A DNA stretch of 64,000 bases from Octopus bimaculoides. Lineage: Eukaryota. The DNA lies in contig NC_068985.1 in NCBI RefSeq assembly GCF_001194135.2, forward strand, positions 65,185,966-65,249,965, in the 5' to 3' direction. Of the stretch, positions 63,554-64,000 are shown piece by piece (the stretch's first letter is position 1; each line of letters starts with the position of its first letter). The notes under the pieces were generated by a model. That model was not told where the DNA came from and did not search any database. It saw only the letters and a program-made list of their open reading frames with translations. Made by a program: the position numbers and the translations under genes.

Positions 63554-64000
63554 TATAGGAAAGTTGGTTATACATCATTAGATATATACCTGACTTTCCT
63601 ATATAAAATTATGAATATAACGGAACACTGAACTCCAGACTATCAACCTATACAACATTTATTTAGGTGGTAAATATATACATCTTTAGCTCTTGTTGAC
63701 AGTTGTTACAGCTTCTGTGTGTGTGAGCATAGTTGTTGGGACGTTGTTATGTAGATGTAAGCAAGCTGGCGAGGGTAAGTCCGAAAGATGGAGAGTGACA
63801 GCTAAACACGTAAAGAGACTGTCTCCAGGTTGGAATGCTGGAGACACTGCTTGACACGTCCATGCTCATGGCCGGCCGACCGAGAAAGAGAATGAATTGA
63901 GCAGGAACACTTGGTTGTTTAATTCCACGCATGCATGAGACTACGCATGCGCACGGCGTTACTACAGGGCTCCCTTGCCAGTGCGAAAACGCACGATAAT
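63554..64000 (-). mobile_element. Ty3/gypsy element H 3' LTR (63554-63966) and PPT, inserted in gag of G; continues beyond the window
   Basis: Minus strand gggagccc|TGTAGT start as in B and E; ends ...TTCCTATA where G gag is broken. Confidence 0.75.

Overview
Repeat-dense, AT-rich animal DNA with many N gaps. The SINE heads, the RTE tail ending 'ccagcatggaaagcggacgttaaatgatgatgat' and the microsatellite load match my recollection of octopus (cephalopod) repeats; the taxon is an inference. Nearly all of the window is decayed transposable elements: two mariner pseudogenes, about eight RTE-clade LINE copies from three families, an R4/Dong-type RLE element plus a second 3' end, Penelope-like fragments, tRNA-derived SINEs, a TA-flanked MITE, and eight Ty3/gypsy LTR elements (about 27 kb). 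The LTR elements form two groups: K02A2.6-like elements with tRNA-Ser-type PBS, and a second group (tRNA-Trp PBS seen in one copy). No intact protein-coding gene, rRNA, tRNA gene or CRISPR array is supported; two short, phase-compatible candidate host exons on the minus strand are speculative. Most notable signals: (1) LTRs of the second group end TG...TATA instead of TG...CA and carry a ~50-nt U5-terminal hairpin kept across different sequences; (2) a degenerate HDV-like ribozyme fold in an RTE/BovB-like 5' UTR; (3) four RTE copies damaged at the same ~15-nt site; (4) hammerhead-like remnants near Penelope fragments. All alignments and folds were done by eye.
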